DNA of 64,000 bases, taken from assembly GCA_963741715.1 (NCBI GenBank), contig CAVUJA010000001.1:2056205-2120204 (forward strand). The letters are read 5' to 3'. This document shows positions 50,435-60,735 of the stretch, piece after piece. The notes under the pieces are model-generated. The model was not told where the DNA came from. It did not search any database and worked only from the letters and a program-made list of their open reading frames with translations. Positions within the stretch are counted from its first letter, which is position 1; each line of letters starts with the position of its first letter. Position numbers and translations under genes: made by a program. The stretch comes from an uncultured Acidobacteriota bacterium (lineage in GTDB: Bacteria; Acidobacteriota; Vicinamibacteria; Vicinamibacterales; Fen-181).

Positions 50435-50500
50435 GACGCCGCAAGCCGCAGGTCGCAAGCCGCCGGCCGGCGACGCCGCAGGTCGCAGGCCGCCGGCCGG
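50435..50500. repeat. degenerate heptamer array / about 30-bp direct duplication (reverse complement of the GCGRCYT family)
   Basis: gacgccgcaagccgcaggtcgcaagccgccggccgg is followed by cgacgccgcaggtcgcaggccgccggccgg. Confidence 0.7.
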
Positions 50501-50618
50501 ATGGGCCCTGATCCTTGAGCGCCGGGCCCGCGCATGCTAACGTAGCCGCTAAGGGCCTCGGCTGAGCGGTGTCGTCTTGCGGGGGGCAGCGCTGCCGGCC
50601 GGGGTCGAAGGCCCGCTT

Positions 50619-50702
50619 GCGAAAGTGGCGGAACTGGCAGACGCGCCGGACTTAGGATCCGGTAGCCGCAAGGCTATGGGGGTTCGAGTCCCCCCTTTCG
50701 CA
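50619..50702 (+). tRNA. tRNA-Leu (anticodon UAG)
   Basis: The acceptor stem is GCGAAAG/CTTTCGC and the anticodon stem-loop is CCGGA-CTTAGGA-TCCGG. A long variable arm (TAGCCGCAAGGCTAT) and a T arm (GGGGG-TTCGAGT-CCCCC) are present. No CCA is encoded. Confidence 0.92.
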
Positions 50703-50824
50703 TTCCTGCCAGCCTTCGCTGGTGATCGGACGCGAAGGCTGCCGCGCCGAAGCCCGAAGGGCGGAGGCGGGCTGTCACCTCTCTTTTTGTCCTAGTGCAC
50801 GCCTCCCTGCTGCCGATAACCTCA

Positions 50825-52115
50825 ATGAAGAGCGAATTTGTCGACGTCTCGGACACGAAGAAGACCCTGGTCATCGAAATCCCGAGTGATCAGGTGGATA
50901 GCGAGATCGACCGCGTCACCCGGCACCTCGGCCGGACGGTGCGGGTCCCGGGATTCCGGCCGGGCAAAGTGCCCCCGGGCGTGGTGAAGCAGCGCTTCCG
51001 CGGCGAGATCCTGCACGAGGTGGCGCACGAACTGGTGCCGAAGGCCGTGGACGAGGCGCTGCGCGAGCGCGGCGTCGAGCCGATTGCCACGCCGGACGTG
51101 CACGACGTGGACGTGAAGGAAGGGCAGCCGCTCAGGTTCACGGCGTCGTTCGAAACGGTGCCCCCCGTCGACCCCGGCGACTACGCCGCGATCCACGTGC
51201 GGCGCCACCCGGCGGCGGTCGACGACGAGGCGATCGACGCGGCGCTGGAACGGCTGCGGCAGCGGGCGGCCCGCTACGAGCCGGTGGACGACCGCGGCCT
51301 CGAGACGGGCGACACGGCGGCGGTGGACCTCAGGCGGCGCGCCCTCGAGGCCGACGGGACGGGGGGGGCCGAGGAGAAGCACGAGAACGTGTCCTTGGAG
51401 GTCGGGGCGGCGGTCAACCCGCCCGGCTTCGACGAGCAGTTGACGGGCATGCGGGCGGGCGACGAGAAGACCTTCACGGTCCACTACCCTGCCGACTACG
51501 CCATCGCCGAACTGCAGTCGAAGGACGTCGAGTACCTCGGTGAAGCTGCGCGCCGTCCGCCGCCGCGTCGTGCCGCCGCTCGACGACGACCTGGCCAGGG
51601 AGGTGAGCGACGCGGACACGCTCGAGAAGCTGCGCGAGCAGGTGAAGGAAGGCCTGGGCAAGGAGGCGCAGCGCGAGGCGGACCGCCAGCTCCGCAGCGA
51701 CCTGCTGAAGGCGCTGGCCGCCAAGGTCGCCTTCGAGGTCCCCGAGGTGCTGATCGAGCGCGACATCGACCGGCGCACGCAGGATCTCATCCGCCACCTG
51801 ATCGAGGAGCGGATCGACCCGCGGCAGGCGGGCATCGACTGGGAGGCGTTCCGGCAGGAGCAGCGCCCGGCGGCCGACGAGGCCGTGAAGGCGATGATCG
51901 TGCTCGACGAGGTGGCGCGGCGCGAACAGCTCGCGGTGAGCGACGAGGAGTTGGAGCGCGAGGTGGGGACGTTCGCCGAGCGGTCGGGACGCACCGCCCC
52001 GGCCGTGCGCGCCCAGCTGGAGAAGGACGGGGAACTGGAGCGGCTGCGCACCGGGCTGCGGCGGGAACGGGCCGTGGAGTACCTCCTCTCGCGTGTTACA
52101 ATCGCGGAAGACTAA
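50825..52115 (+). pseudogene. tig: trigger factor, interrupted by a 1-nt insertion at about 51539
   Basis: MKSEFVDVSDTKKTLVIEIP...GFRPGKVP...AELQSKDVEYL is in one frame. VKLRAVRRRVVPPLDDDLAREV... continues in the next frame (tacctc[g]gtgaag). The length is 3n+1. Confidence 0.88.
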
Positions 52116-52166
52116 CCTGCCGCCAGCCGTCGCCCACTCCAGAGCAGTCCGAACTGATCGGAGCCT

Positions 52167-52781
52167 ATGCCAACAGAAGTGAGCGTCCCCAGGATGCAGC
52201 TCGTGCCGATGGTGGTCGAGCAGACCAGCCGCGGGGAACGCGCCTACGACATCTTCTCGCGCCTGCTGAAGGACAGCATCATCTTCATCGGCACGCCGAT
52301 CGACGACGCGGTGGCGAACCTGGTGATCGCGCAGATGCTGTTCCTGGAGTCGGAGGACCCGGAGAAGGACATCCTGCTCTACATCAACAGCCCGGGCGGG
52401 TCGATCACCGCCGGGCTGGCGATCTACGACACGATGCAGTTCATCCGGCCCGACGTGCAGACCTACTGCCTGGGGCAGGCGGCGTCGATGGCCGCGGTGC
52501 TGCTGGCGGGGGGCGCGAAGGGGAAGCGGTTCTCGCTGCCCAACTCGCGCATCGTCATCCACCAGCCGCTGATGCAGGGCCTGGCGGGCCAGGCGACCGA
52601 CATCGACATCGCGGCGAGGGAGATCCTGCGGATGCGGGAGCGGCTGAACGACATCCTCGTGACCCACACGGGGCAGGTCGTAAAGCGCATCCAGGACGAC
52701 ACCGAGCGCGATTACATCATGTCGGCGGAGCAGGGGAAGGAATACGGTATCATTGACGAGGTGATCCGGAAGCGCGCGTAG
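52167..52781 (+). CDS. clpP: ATP-dependent Clp protease proteolytic subunit
   Basis: [26 protein letters not shown] (Ser), HQPL (His) and a catalytic Asp region are present. The start may be the internal ATG at 52194. Confidence 0.92.
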   Translation: MPTEVSVPRMQLVPMVVEQTSRGERAYDIFSRLLKDSIIFIGTPIDDAVANLVIAQMLFLESEDPEKDILLYINSPGGSITAGLAIYDTMQFIRPDVQTYCLGQAASMAAVLLAGGAKGKRFSLPNSRIVIHQPLMQGLAGQATDIDIAAREILRMRERLNDILVTHTGQVVKRIQDDTERDYIMSAEQGKEYGIIDEVIRKRA

Positions 52782-52859
52782 GGCCGGAAGACAGGCTGGA
52801 AGCCTGTCCTACCGGTCGTTGAGGGCGTGTCCGGGTGTCCCGTCGGGTCATCCTCCATC

Positions 52860-54107
<1,248 letters not shown>

Positions 54108-54108
54108 G

Positions 54109-54236
54109 ACGCAGGATTCAGGAGTCGGGAGTCGGGAGTCAGTCAGCACGCTGGATCCAGCCCCCCGCTTCCGGCGTCTGAGTACCTGGGAGGCGTGGCA
54201 CGACCGAATCCCGAATCCTGACTCCCGAATCCTGAC
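54109..54236. repeat. opposed 7-bp arrays (GGATTCA/GGAGTCG arm versus CGAATCC/TGACTCC arm)
   Basis: The left arm (54109-54146) and right arm (54203-54236) are about 85% complementary over about 30 nt. They are separated by about 56 nt and lie between clpX and lon. Confidence 0.88.
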
Positions 54237-54248
54237 AAGATCGCATAC

Positions 54249-56636
54249 ATGGAAGTCTACGAAACCCTCCCGATCGTTCCGCTGCGCGACGTCGTCGTCT
54301 TTCCGCACATGATGATGCCCTTCGTCATCGGGCGTCCCGCGTCCACGCGCGCGCTCGAGCACGCGCTGGGCAAGGACAAGCGGATCTTCCTCGCCGCCCA
54401 GCACGACGCGTCCATCGACGACCCGAACCCGCAGGACATCTTCACGATGGGCTGCGTCGCCAACATCGTCCAGAGCCTGAAGCTGCCCGACGGCAACGTG
54501 AAGGTGCTGGTGGAGGGCGTCGACCGCGCCCGCGCGGTCGAGTGGAAGGAAGACAAGGGCTTCTACCGGGTCGTCGTGAAGGTGGTGGCGCGGCTCAAGG
54601 ACGCGGCCGGCGACGTCGAGAGCGCCATGAGCCGCGTGGTGTCGCTGTTCGAGCAGTACGTGAAGCTGTCGAACAACCTCCACTACGACGCGATGATCGC
54701 CGCCGTGCGCGTGGACGACCCCGGCAAGCTGGCCGACACGATCGCGTCGCACCTGGTCGTCTCGGTGGACGAGAAGCAGAATCTCCTCGAGATCATCTCG
54801 CCGCTCGAGCGCCTGAACCGCATCGCCGGCATCCTCGAATCCGAGGTGGACAAGCTCCAGGTGGATCGCCGCATCCAGTCTCGCGTCAAGAAGCAGATGG
54901 AGAAGGCGCAGAAGGAGTACTACCTCAACGAGAAGATGAAGGCGATCCAGAAGGAACTGGGCCGCAAGGACGAGAAGGGGAACGAGGTCGACGAGCTGAA
55001 GAAGAAGATCGAACAGGCGAAGATGCCGAAGGACGTCGAGGAGAAGGCCATCCAGGAGCTGAAGCGGCTCGAGGCCATGCCCCCGATGTCGGCCGAGGCG
55101 ACGGTGTCCCGCAACTACCTCGACTGGCTGATCGCCGTGCCGTGGCACAAGAAGTCGAAGGAGAGCCGCGACCTCAAGCGGGCCGAGGAGATCCTGCACG
55201 AGGACCACTACGGCCTCGAGAAGATCAAGGAGCGCATCCTCGAGTTCCTCGCCGTGCGCGCGCTGGTGAAGAAGCCGAAGGCGACCATCCTCACCTTCTC
55301 CGGCCCCCCCGGCGTCGGCAAGACCTCGCTGGCCAAGTCGATCGCCCGCGCGATGAACCGCAAGTTCGTGCGGCTCTCGCTCGGCGGCGTCCGCGACGAG
55401 GCGGAGATCCGCGGCCACCGGCGCACGTACATCGGCGCGTTCCCCGGCCAGATCATCCAGATGATGAAGAAGGCCGGCACCCAGAACCCGGTGTTCCTGC
55501 TCGACGAAGTGGACAAGATGTCGATGGACTTCCGCGGCGACCCGTCGGCGGCGCTGCTCGAGGTGCTCGACCCGGAACAGAACCACATGTTCCTGGACCA
55601 CTACCTCGACGTGGAGTACGACCTGTCGCACGTGATGTTCATCTGCACGGCCAACGTCCTGCACACCGTGCCGCAGGCGCTGCGCGACCGCATGGAAGTG
55701 CTCCAGCTGCCGGGCTACACCGAGCAGGAGAAGACGGAAATCGCCAAGCGGTTCCTGGTGCGGAAGTCGGTGGAAGGCACCGGCCTCACGAAGGACAACA
55801 TCACCTTCACCGACGACGCGCTGTCCACGATCATCCAGCGGTACACCCGCGAGGCGGGCGTCCGCAACCTCGAGCGCGAGATCCAGTCGATCTGCCGCAA
55901 GGTCGCGCGCCGCGTGGTGGTCGACAGGGACTTCACCGAGGAGATCACCCCCGAGCGCGTGACGCAGCACCTCGGGGTGCCGCGCTTCCGCCCGACGATG
56001 GCCGAGGAGAAGAACGAGGTCGGCATCGCGACCGGCCTGGCGTGGACCGAGGTCGGCGGCGAGATCCTCGTGACCGAGGCGACGCTGATGCCTGGCAAGG
56101 GCCACCTGACGCTCACCGGCAAGCTGGGCGACGTGATGCAGGAATCGGCGCAGGCGGCCATGACCTACGTGCGGTCGAAGGCCGAGGAGTTCGGCATCCC
56201 GCGCGACTTCAACCGGCGCCACGACCTGCACATCCACGTGCCCGAAGGCGCCATCCCGAAGGACGGGCCGTCGGCCGGCATCACCATGGCGACCGCGCTG
56301 GTGTCGGCGCTGACCCGGGTCCCCACCCGCAGGGACGTGGCGATGACGGGCGAGATCACGCTGCGCGGCAAGGTGCTGCCGATCGGCGGCGTGAAGGAGA
56401 AGGTGCTGGCCGCACACCGCGCGGGGGTCAGGACCATCGTCCTGCCCAAGGAGAACGAGAAGGACCTGGCCGACATCCCCAAGGCCGTGCTCGACGTCCT
56501 CAAGGTGTACATGGTCGAGACGATGGACGAGGTGCTGAAGATCGCGATGGCCGAGCCGCTGCCGCCGCCGATCCCGCCCGAGGCCCGGGCCGCCGCGCCG
56601 GTCGTCGAAGACGCGGACGACGCGCGGACGCACTGA
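54249..56636 (+). CDS. lon: ATP-dependent protease Lon
   Basis: An N-terminal LON domain ([23 protein letters not shown]), Walker A (GPPGVGKTS) and the catalytic DGPSAG...K region are present. Confidence 0.95.
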   Translation: MEVYETLPIVPLRDVVVFPHMMMPFVIGRPASTRALEHALGKDKRIFLAAQHDASIDDPNPQDIFTMGCVANIVQSLKLPDGNVKVLVEGVDRARAVEWKEDKGFYRVVVKVVARLKDAAGDVESAMSRVVSLFEQYVKLSNNLHYDAMIAAVRVDDPGKLADTIASHLVVSVDEKQNLLEIISPLERLNRIAGILESEVDKLQVDRRIQSRVKKQMEKAQKEYYLNEKMKAIQKELGRKDEKGNEVDELKKKIEQAKMPKDVEEKAIQELKRLEAMPPMSAEATVSRNYLDWLIAVPWHKKSKESRDLKRAEEILHEDHYGLEKIKERILEFLAVRALVKKPKATILTFSGPPGVGKTSLAKSIARAMNRKFVRLSLGGVRDEAEIRGHRRTYIGAFPGQIIQMMKKAGTQNPVFLLDEVDKMSMDFRGDPSAALLEVLDPEQNHMFLDHYLDVEYDLSHVMFICTANVLHTVPQALRDRMEVLQLPGYTEQEKTEIAKRFLVRKSVEGTGLTKDNITFTDDALSTIIQRYTREAGVRNLEREIQSICRKVARRVVVDRDFTEEITPERVTQHLGVPRFRPTMAEEKNEVGIATGLAWTEVGGEILVTEATLMPGKGHLTLTGKLGDVMQESAQAAMTYVRSKAEEFGIPRDFNRRHDLHIHVPEGAIPKDGPSAGITMATALVSALTRVPTRRDVAMTGEITLRGKVLPIGGVKEKVLAAHRAGVRTIVLPKENEKDLADIPKAVLDVLKVYMVETMDEVLKIAMAEPLPPPIPPEARAAAPVVEDADDARTH

Positions 56637-56641
56637 CTCTT

Positions 56642-56676
56642 GCAGGATTCAGGAGTCGGGATTCAGGATTCGGGAC
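56642..56676. repeat. 7-bp tandem array (GGATTCA/GGAGTCG/GGATTCG, 5 units)
   Basis: The sequence reads gcaggattcaggagtcgggattcaggattcgggac. It lies between lon and engB. Confidence 0.88.
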
Positions 56677-56691
56677 GTCACGCTGTTCCGC

Positions 56692-57342
56692 ATGTCACGC
56701 CGACTCACTTCCGCTGACTTCGTCATCTCCGCCGTCGGGCCGCGCGACTTCCCGATCGACGCCAGGCCGGAGGTGGCGCTGGTCGGGCGCTCGAACGTCG
56801 GCAAGTCCTCCCTGATCAACGCCCTGGTGCGGAAGTCGATCGCGCGGACGAGCGCCAGCCCGGGAAAGACCCGGCAGGTGAACGTGTACCGCGTGACGCC
56901 CGCGGGCGCGGGCGCGTTCTACCTGATGGACCTGCCCGGCTACGGCCACACGGCCGGCGGCGACAAGGCGCGGCAGGAATTCAGCGCGCTGAGCGCCCTG
57001 TACTTCGAAACGCGAACGGGCAGGCGAGGTGATGGTGAGCCCGGCCGGGCGCCCGCGCCGCCACCGCGCTCGACGCTCTGCGCCGTGGTGCTGGCGATCG
57101 ACGCGCGCCACCCGGGCATGGCGAGCGACGTGGAAGCGATGCGCTGGCTGCACGAGCTCGGGCTGCCTTACCTGCTGGTGGCCACCAAGATCGACAAGCT
57201 GTCGCAGTCGGAGAAAGCGAAGCTGAAGGGCGTCTGCCTGGAGGCATTCGGCGCCGCCCCGCTCGCGACGTCGGCCGTGGACGGCGACGGGCTCGACGAA
57301 CTCTGGAAGCGGCTGCACGAATGGACCGCACGGCCGGTGTAG
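56692..57342 (+). CDS. engB: ribosome biogenesis GTPase YihA/EngB
   Basis: The G1 motif GRSNVGKSSLINAL, DLPGYG and TKIDK (NKxD-like) are present. Confidence 0.85.
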   Translation: MSRRLTSADFVISAVGPRDFPIDARPEVALVGRSNVGKSSLINALVRKSIARTSASPGKTRQVNVYRVTPAGAGAFYLMDLPGYGHTAGGDKARQEFSALSALYFETRTGRRGDGEPGRAPAPPPRSTLCAVVLAIDARHPGMASDVEAMRWLHELGLPYLLVATKIDKLSQSEKAKLKGVCLEAFGAAPLATSAVDGDGLDELWKRLHEWTARPV

Positions 57343-57497
57343 TGGCTAGTGGCCAGTGATCAGTGGCTTGTGGGTCACGCGTAACAATGTGGCAGACTAA
57401 CCACTGACCGCTAGCCACTAACCACTAGCCACTGACCACTAGCCACTAGCCACTGACCACTAGCCACTTGCCACTGACCACTAGCCACTAACCACTA
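57342..57497. repeat. opposed 7-bp arrays (GTGGCTA/GTGGCCA arm versus about 14 units of CCACTAG/CCACTGA/CCACTAA)
   Basis: The left arm (57342-57378) is the approximate reverse complement of the long right arm (57399-57497). This is the largest array in the window. Confidence 0.92.
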
Positions 57498-57515
57498 CTC
57501 TCCAGAGGTCAAACC

Positions 57516-58481
57516 GTGATTTACCGCCCCTTTCCCCGCACCAACTGGAAGGTCGCCGAGATCGGCTACGGCACGTGGGGCATGGCCGGCTGGAGCGGCT
57601 CGGACGATGCCGAGTCGCTGCGGGCGATGGAACGCGCGCTGGCGCTCGGCTGCAACTTCTTCGACACCGCGTGGGCCTACGGGTCGGGCCACAGCGAGCG
57701 CCTGCTGCGCCAGCTGCTGAAGGACCGGCGCGGAGAGCGCATCTACGTCGCCACGAAGGTGCCGCCGAAGAACGGCCGCTGGCCGGCCCTGCCGGCGTAC
57801 AAGCTCGACGACGTGTTTCCGCCCGGGCACATCCGCGAGATGACCGAGAAGAGCCTCGAGAACCTGGGCCTCGACTCGGTCGACCTGCAGCAGCTGCACG
57901 TGTGGAGCGACGGGTGGGCCGATGACGAGCGCTGGCAGCGCGCGGTGAGCGACCTGAAGCGCGAGGGGCTGATCAAGGCGTTCGGGATCTCCATCAACCG
58001 GTGGGAGCCGGCCAACGTCGTCAAGGCGCTCCGAACCGGACTGGTGGACTGCGTGCAGGTGGTCTACAACATCTTCGACCAGAACCCCGAGGACGAGCTC
58101 TTTCCGGTCTGCCGCGAGCTGAACGTGGGCATCATCGCGCGGGTGCCGTTCGACGAGGGGAGCCTCACCGGTGCGCTGACCGCCGACGTCAGCTTCCCGC
58201 AGGGCGACTGGCGCGCGCTCTACTTCACGGGCGAGAACCTCACGGGAACGCTGGAGCGCGTCGAACGACTGAAACGCGCCGTTCCGGCGGGAACCACGCT
58301 GCCCGAGCTGGCACTGCAATTCATCCTCGAGAACCCCCAGGTGACGACCACCATCCCCGGCATGCGCCGGGTGCGGCACGTGGAGGCCAACCTCGCCGCC
58401 AGCGACGGCCGCCGGCTCGACCCGACGGTCCTGGCGGAGTTGCGGCGTCACCGGTGGGACAGGAACACGGTGATCCCGTAG
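57516..58481 (+). CDS. aldo/keto reductase
   Basis: [10 protein letters not shown]..., [14 protein letters not shown], and the family length and pattern all fit. Confidence 0.85.
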   Translation: MIYRPFPRTNWKVAEIGYGTWGMAGWSGSDDAESLRAMERALALGCNFFDTAWAYGSGHSERLLRQLLKDRRGERIYVATKVPPKNGRWPALPAYKLDDVFPPGHIREMTEKSLENLGLDSVDLQQLHVWSDGWADDERWQRAVSDLKREGLIKAFGISINRWEPANVVKALRTGLVDCVQVVYNIFDQNPEDELFPVCRELNVGIIARVPFDEGSLTGALTADVSFPQGDWRALYFTGENLTGTLERVERLKRAVPAGTTLPELALQFILENPQVTTTIPGMRRVRHVEANLAASDGRRLDPTVLAELRRHRWDRNTVIP

Positions 58482-58580
58482 GCCGGCTGGCGGCTTGCGG
58501 CTTGCGGCCGGGGTCCGGCCTGGCGGCCTGCGGCGGTGCGTGGCCGCGAGTATGGCCGCGAGTTGCGGGTCGCGAGCCGC
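58482..58580. repeat. degenerate 7-bp array (TTGCGGC/CTGCGGC/GCGAGYY family)
   Basis: The sequence reads ggctggcggcttgcggcttgcggccggggtccggcctggcggcctgcggcgg...gcgagtatggccgcgagttgcgggtcgcgagcc. Confidence 0.65.
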
Positions 58581-58632
58581 CGGCCAGACTGTGCTACAAT
58601 TGGTGGTTCGGACTACTCTGAAGGAGCTCGAC

Positions 58633-58902
58633 GTGAAGGAAGGTATCCACCCGAAGTACAAGGAAGTCGACGTGCGGTGCGCCTGCGGGGCGACCTGGAA
58701 GACCCGGTCCACCAAGGACGAGCTCCGCCTCGAAATCTGCTCGCAGTGCCACCCGTTCTTCACCGGCCGCCAGAAACTGATCGACACCGAGGGCCGCGTG
58801 GAACGGTTCACCAAGAAGTTCGGCGCGCAGACGTCGGAAAGCCGCAAGGCGGCCGCGAAGGCCAAGAAGGCGGCCACGAAGGAAGCTACGCCCACGGCGT
58901 AG
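58633..58902 (+). CDS. rpmE: 50S ribosomal protein L31
   Basis: A GTG start follows the SD gaaggag. (V)[26 protein letters not shown]...[13 protein letters not shown] carries the zinc-type CxxC motifs. The C-terminus has a Lys/Ala-rich extension. Confidence 0.88.
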   Translation: MKEGIHPKYKEVDVRCACGATWKTRSTKDELRLEICSQCHPFFTGRQKLIDTEGRVERFTKKFGAQTSESRKAAAKAKKAATKEATPTA

Positions 58903-58919
58903 GACGGCTCGTGGCACCG

Positions 58920-58941
58920 GGCTCAGGGGATTCCCTGAGCC
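58920..58941 (+). terminator. hairpin downstream of rpmE (terminator candidate without a U-tract)
   Basis: GGCTCAGGG-GATT-CCCTGAGCC is a perfect 9-bp stem, 18 nt after the stop. Confidence 0.35.
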
Positions 58942-59070
58942 TCGGCCGGCGCTCTACCCTCCCCCAGCCTGCCTCCCCTCGACATCGGGTAGCCCGAGAT
59001 CCATCAGACCTGCCGCAGCGGGCAAGCACGGAGGCTTGCCCCACAAGGACCCCTTCCTGCCGGCGGCGCC

Positions 59071-59174
59071 GTCATTCAGCATTCGGCATTCGGCATTCCG
59101 CATTGCGCGTCTTGCCCGTTGTGCATTTTGCATTGTGCATTCTGCATTTTGCATTGTGCATTGTGCATTCTGCT
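59071..59174. repeat. 7-bp tandem arrays (GCATTCG x3 and related, then TGCATTN x7)
   Basis: The units read cattcag cattcgg cattcgg cattccg cattgcg ... gtgcatt ttgcatt gtgcatt ctgcatt ttgcatt gtgcatt gtgcatt. It runs into the stop codon of the mrfB-like gene (59173). Confidence 0.92.
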
Positions 59175-60720
59175 ATGGCCTGTCCAGGCCGAGCGTCGCG
59201 GCCGGTGAAGGTCCGCCCGACAGCTTCCGCGACAGCCGTCCGAGCCGGTGCCGCACGTCGTCCACGCGCTTCGCGTCGTTCGACAACTGGAGCGCCGACA
59301 GCGCGAACGCGCGCGCGGCCTCGAGGTCCCTGGCCCTGTGCTCGTGATGGATCGCCAGCGCCTCGAGCGCCTCGCGTTTGCGCTCCGAGTCGATGCCAGG
59401 CACCTCGGTGAGCCGACGCCAGGCGTCGGCTGCCTCCTCGAATCGGTGCGCCCGCCGCCAGTGGAGCGCGAGCCAGAGCAGCGCGTCACCCCGAACCTCG
59501 CGGTCCACCTGAAGCTCGAGCGTGCCGTCGTCCGCCGCCGCGGCGAGGTAGCATCGCTCCGCGTCGTCGATGCGGCCGAGCGACTCCAGCAGCCGGCCGA
59601 GCGCCAGGCAATCCGGCCGCCCGCGCGCCGCCTCGGCGCCCTCGTGCACCATCTCGAGGATCACCGCCGAGACTGCGCCGAGCGAGACCAGGTCGAGCCG
59701 ATTGTGCTCGAGCACGGCCGACAGCCCGCTTGCATCGCCCGTCCTGGCGTAGCCGAAGTAGCGCGCCGGGATTTCCCAGCCCGGCACGTCGTCCTGCCGC
59801 CGGAGCCCGAGGATGTCGCGCTCGAGGGCCGTCAGCGCGCAGCTGCCGGGCGACTCGTCGAACGGGCCCGCGACTCGCGACCTGCGGCGTGCGGCGATGT
59901 CACGCCCGAGGCCCCCACCCGCCGGCCCCAGGTCCCTCGATGCGGCTCGGGACGACCCCGCGGCAGCCGGCGGGTCGGCCGGCGCCAGCCGCCGCCGCCA
60001 CAGGCGCCGCGCCGGGAAGAGCATGTCCACGTGCGACAGGTCGCCGAACGGCGAGTGGAGGCGGTGGAACTGGTAGCGCGTGTCGATGAGGGGCACGTCG
60101 AACGAGCGGCCGTTGTAGGTGACCAGGACCGGCGGTTCCTCTCGAACACCGCCGCCAAGTGCTGAGCGAGCACCGTCGTTGCGAGTCGAAGTGCTCACCT
60201 GCCGCGCGACCGCGTGCAGCAGCCCGCGCTCTTCGCCGTAGCCGCGCAGGAAGAACTGCCTCGTGGCGAAGCCGTCGTCGTCGAAGAAGCCGAAGCCCAC
60301 GAGGAACGCGTAGGTGCCCGCCCCGCCGCTCAGCCCCGTCGTCTCGAGGTCGAAGAACACCAGCGAGGGCGGCGCGCCCGCGTCCTTCTCGAGGAACCAG
60401 GGCAGCGCGCGATGCGACGCCCGCGCGGCGGCGTGAAAACGCTCCACCGTGTGGTGGCCGTGGCGGTGGGTCAGCGGGTAGTGCCGATCGACGACGACAC
60501 ACGGACCGGCCGCGTCCTCGAGAAGCGTGGCGCCCAGGACGTCGAGCACGCGCGACGACGCTTCGGCAGCCGCGCACCGTGCCGCGAAGGCCGTTTCTTC
60601 GTCGGCCTCGGGCGGGACGCCGCCGAGACCAGGGGCCGACGCCCGCGCCGGGCCCTGGGCCGACGCCGGGCGGTTCTTCAGGATTTCCTGGATGCGTGCG
60701 GCGAGCGAGGCGCGGTCCAT
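59173..60720 (-). CDS. YprB/MrfB-like RNase-H-fold (DnaQ-like) exonuclease with a C-terminal TPR-like region
   Basis: SLVFFDLETTGLSGGAGTYAFLVGFGFF...VTYNGRSFDVPLIDTRY are exonuclease motifs. The C-terminal helical repeats are Ala/Leu/Arg-rich and TPR-like. The gene lies directly downstream of the DUF1998 helicase. Confidence 0.7.
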   Translation of the reverse strand: MDRASLAARIQEILKNRPASAQGPARASAPGLGGVPPEADEETAFAARCAAAEASSRVLDVLGATLLEDAAGPCVVVDRHYPLTHRHGHHTVERFHAAARASHRALPWFLEKDAGAPPSLVFFDLETTGLSGGAGTYAFLVGFGFFDDDGFATRQFFLRGYGEERGLLHAVARQVSTSTRNDGARSALGGGVREEPPVLVTYNGRSFDVPLIDTRYQFHRLHSPFGDLSHVDMLFPARRLWRRRLAPADPPAAAGSSRAASRDLGPAGGGLGRDIAARRRSRVAGPFDESPGSCALTALERDILGLRRQDDVPGWEIPARYFGYARTGDASGLSAVLEHNRLDLVSLGAVSAVILEMVHEGAEAARGRPDCLALGRLLESLGRIDDAERCYLAAAADDGTLELQVDREVRGDALLWLALHWRRAHRFEEAADAWRRLTEVPGIDSERKREALEALAIHHEHRARDLEAARAFALSALQLSNDAKRVDDVRHRLGRLSRKLSGGPSPAATLGLDRP

Positions 60721-60735
60721 CGGTGTCCGGGACGA

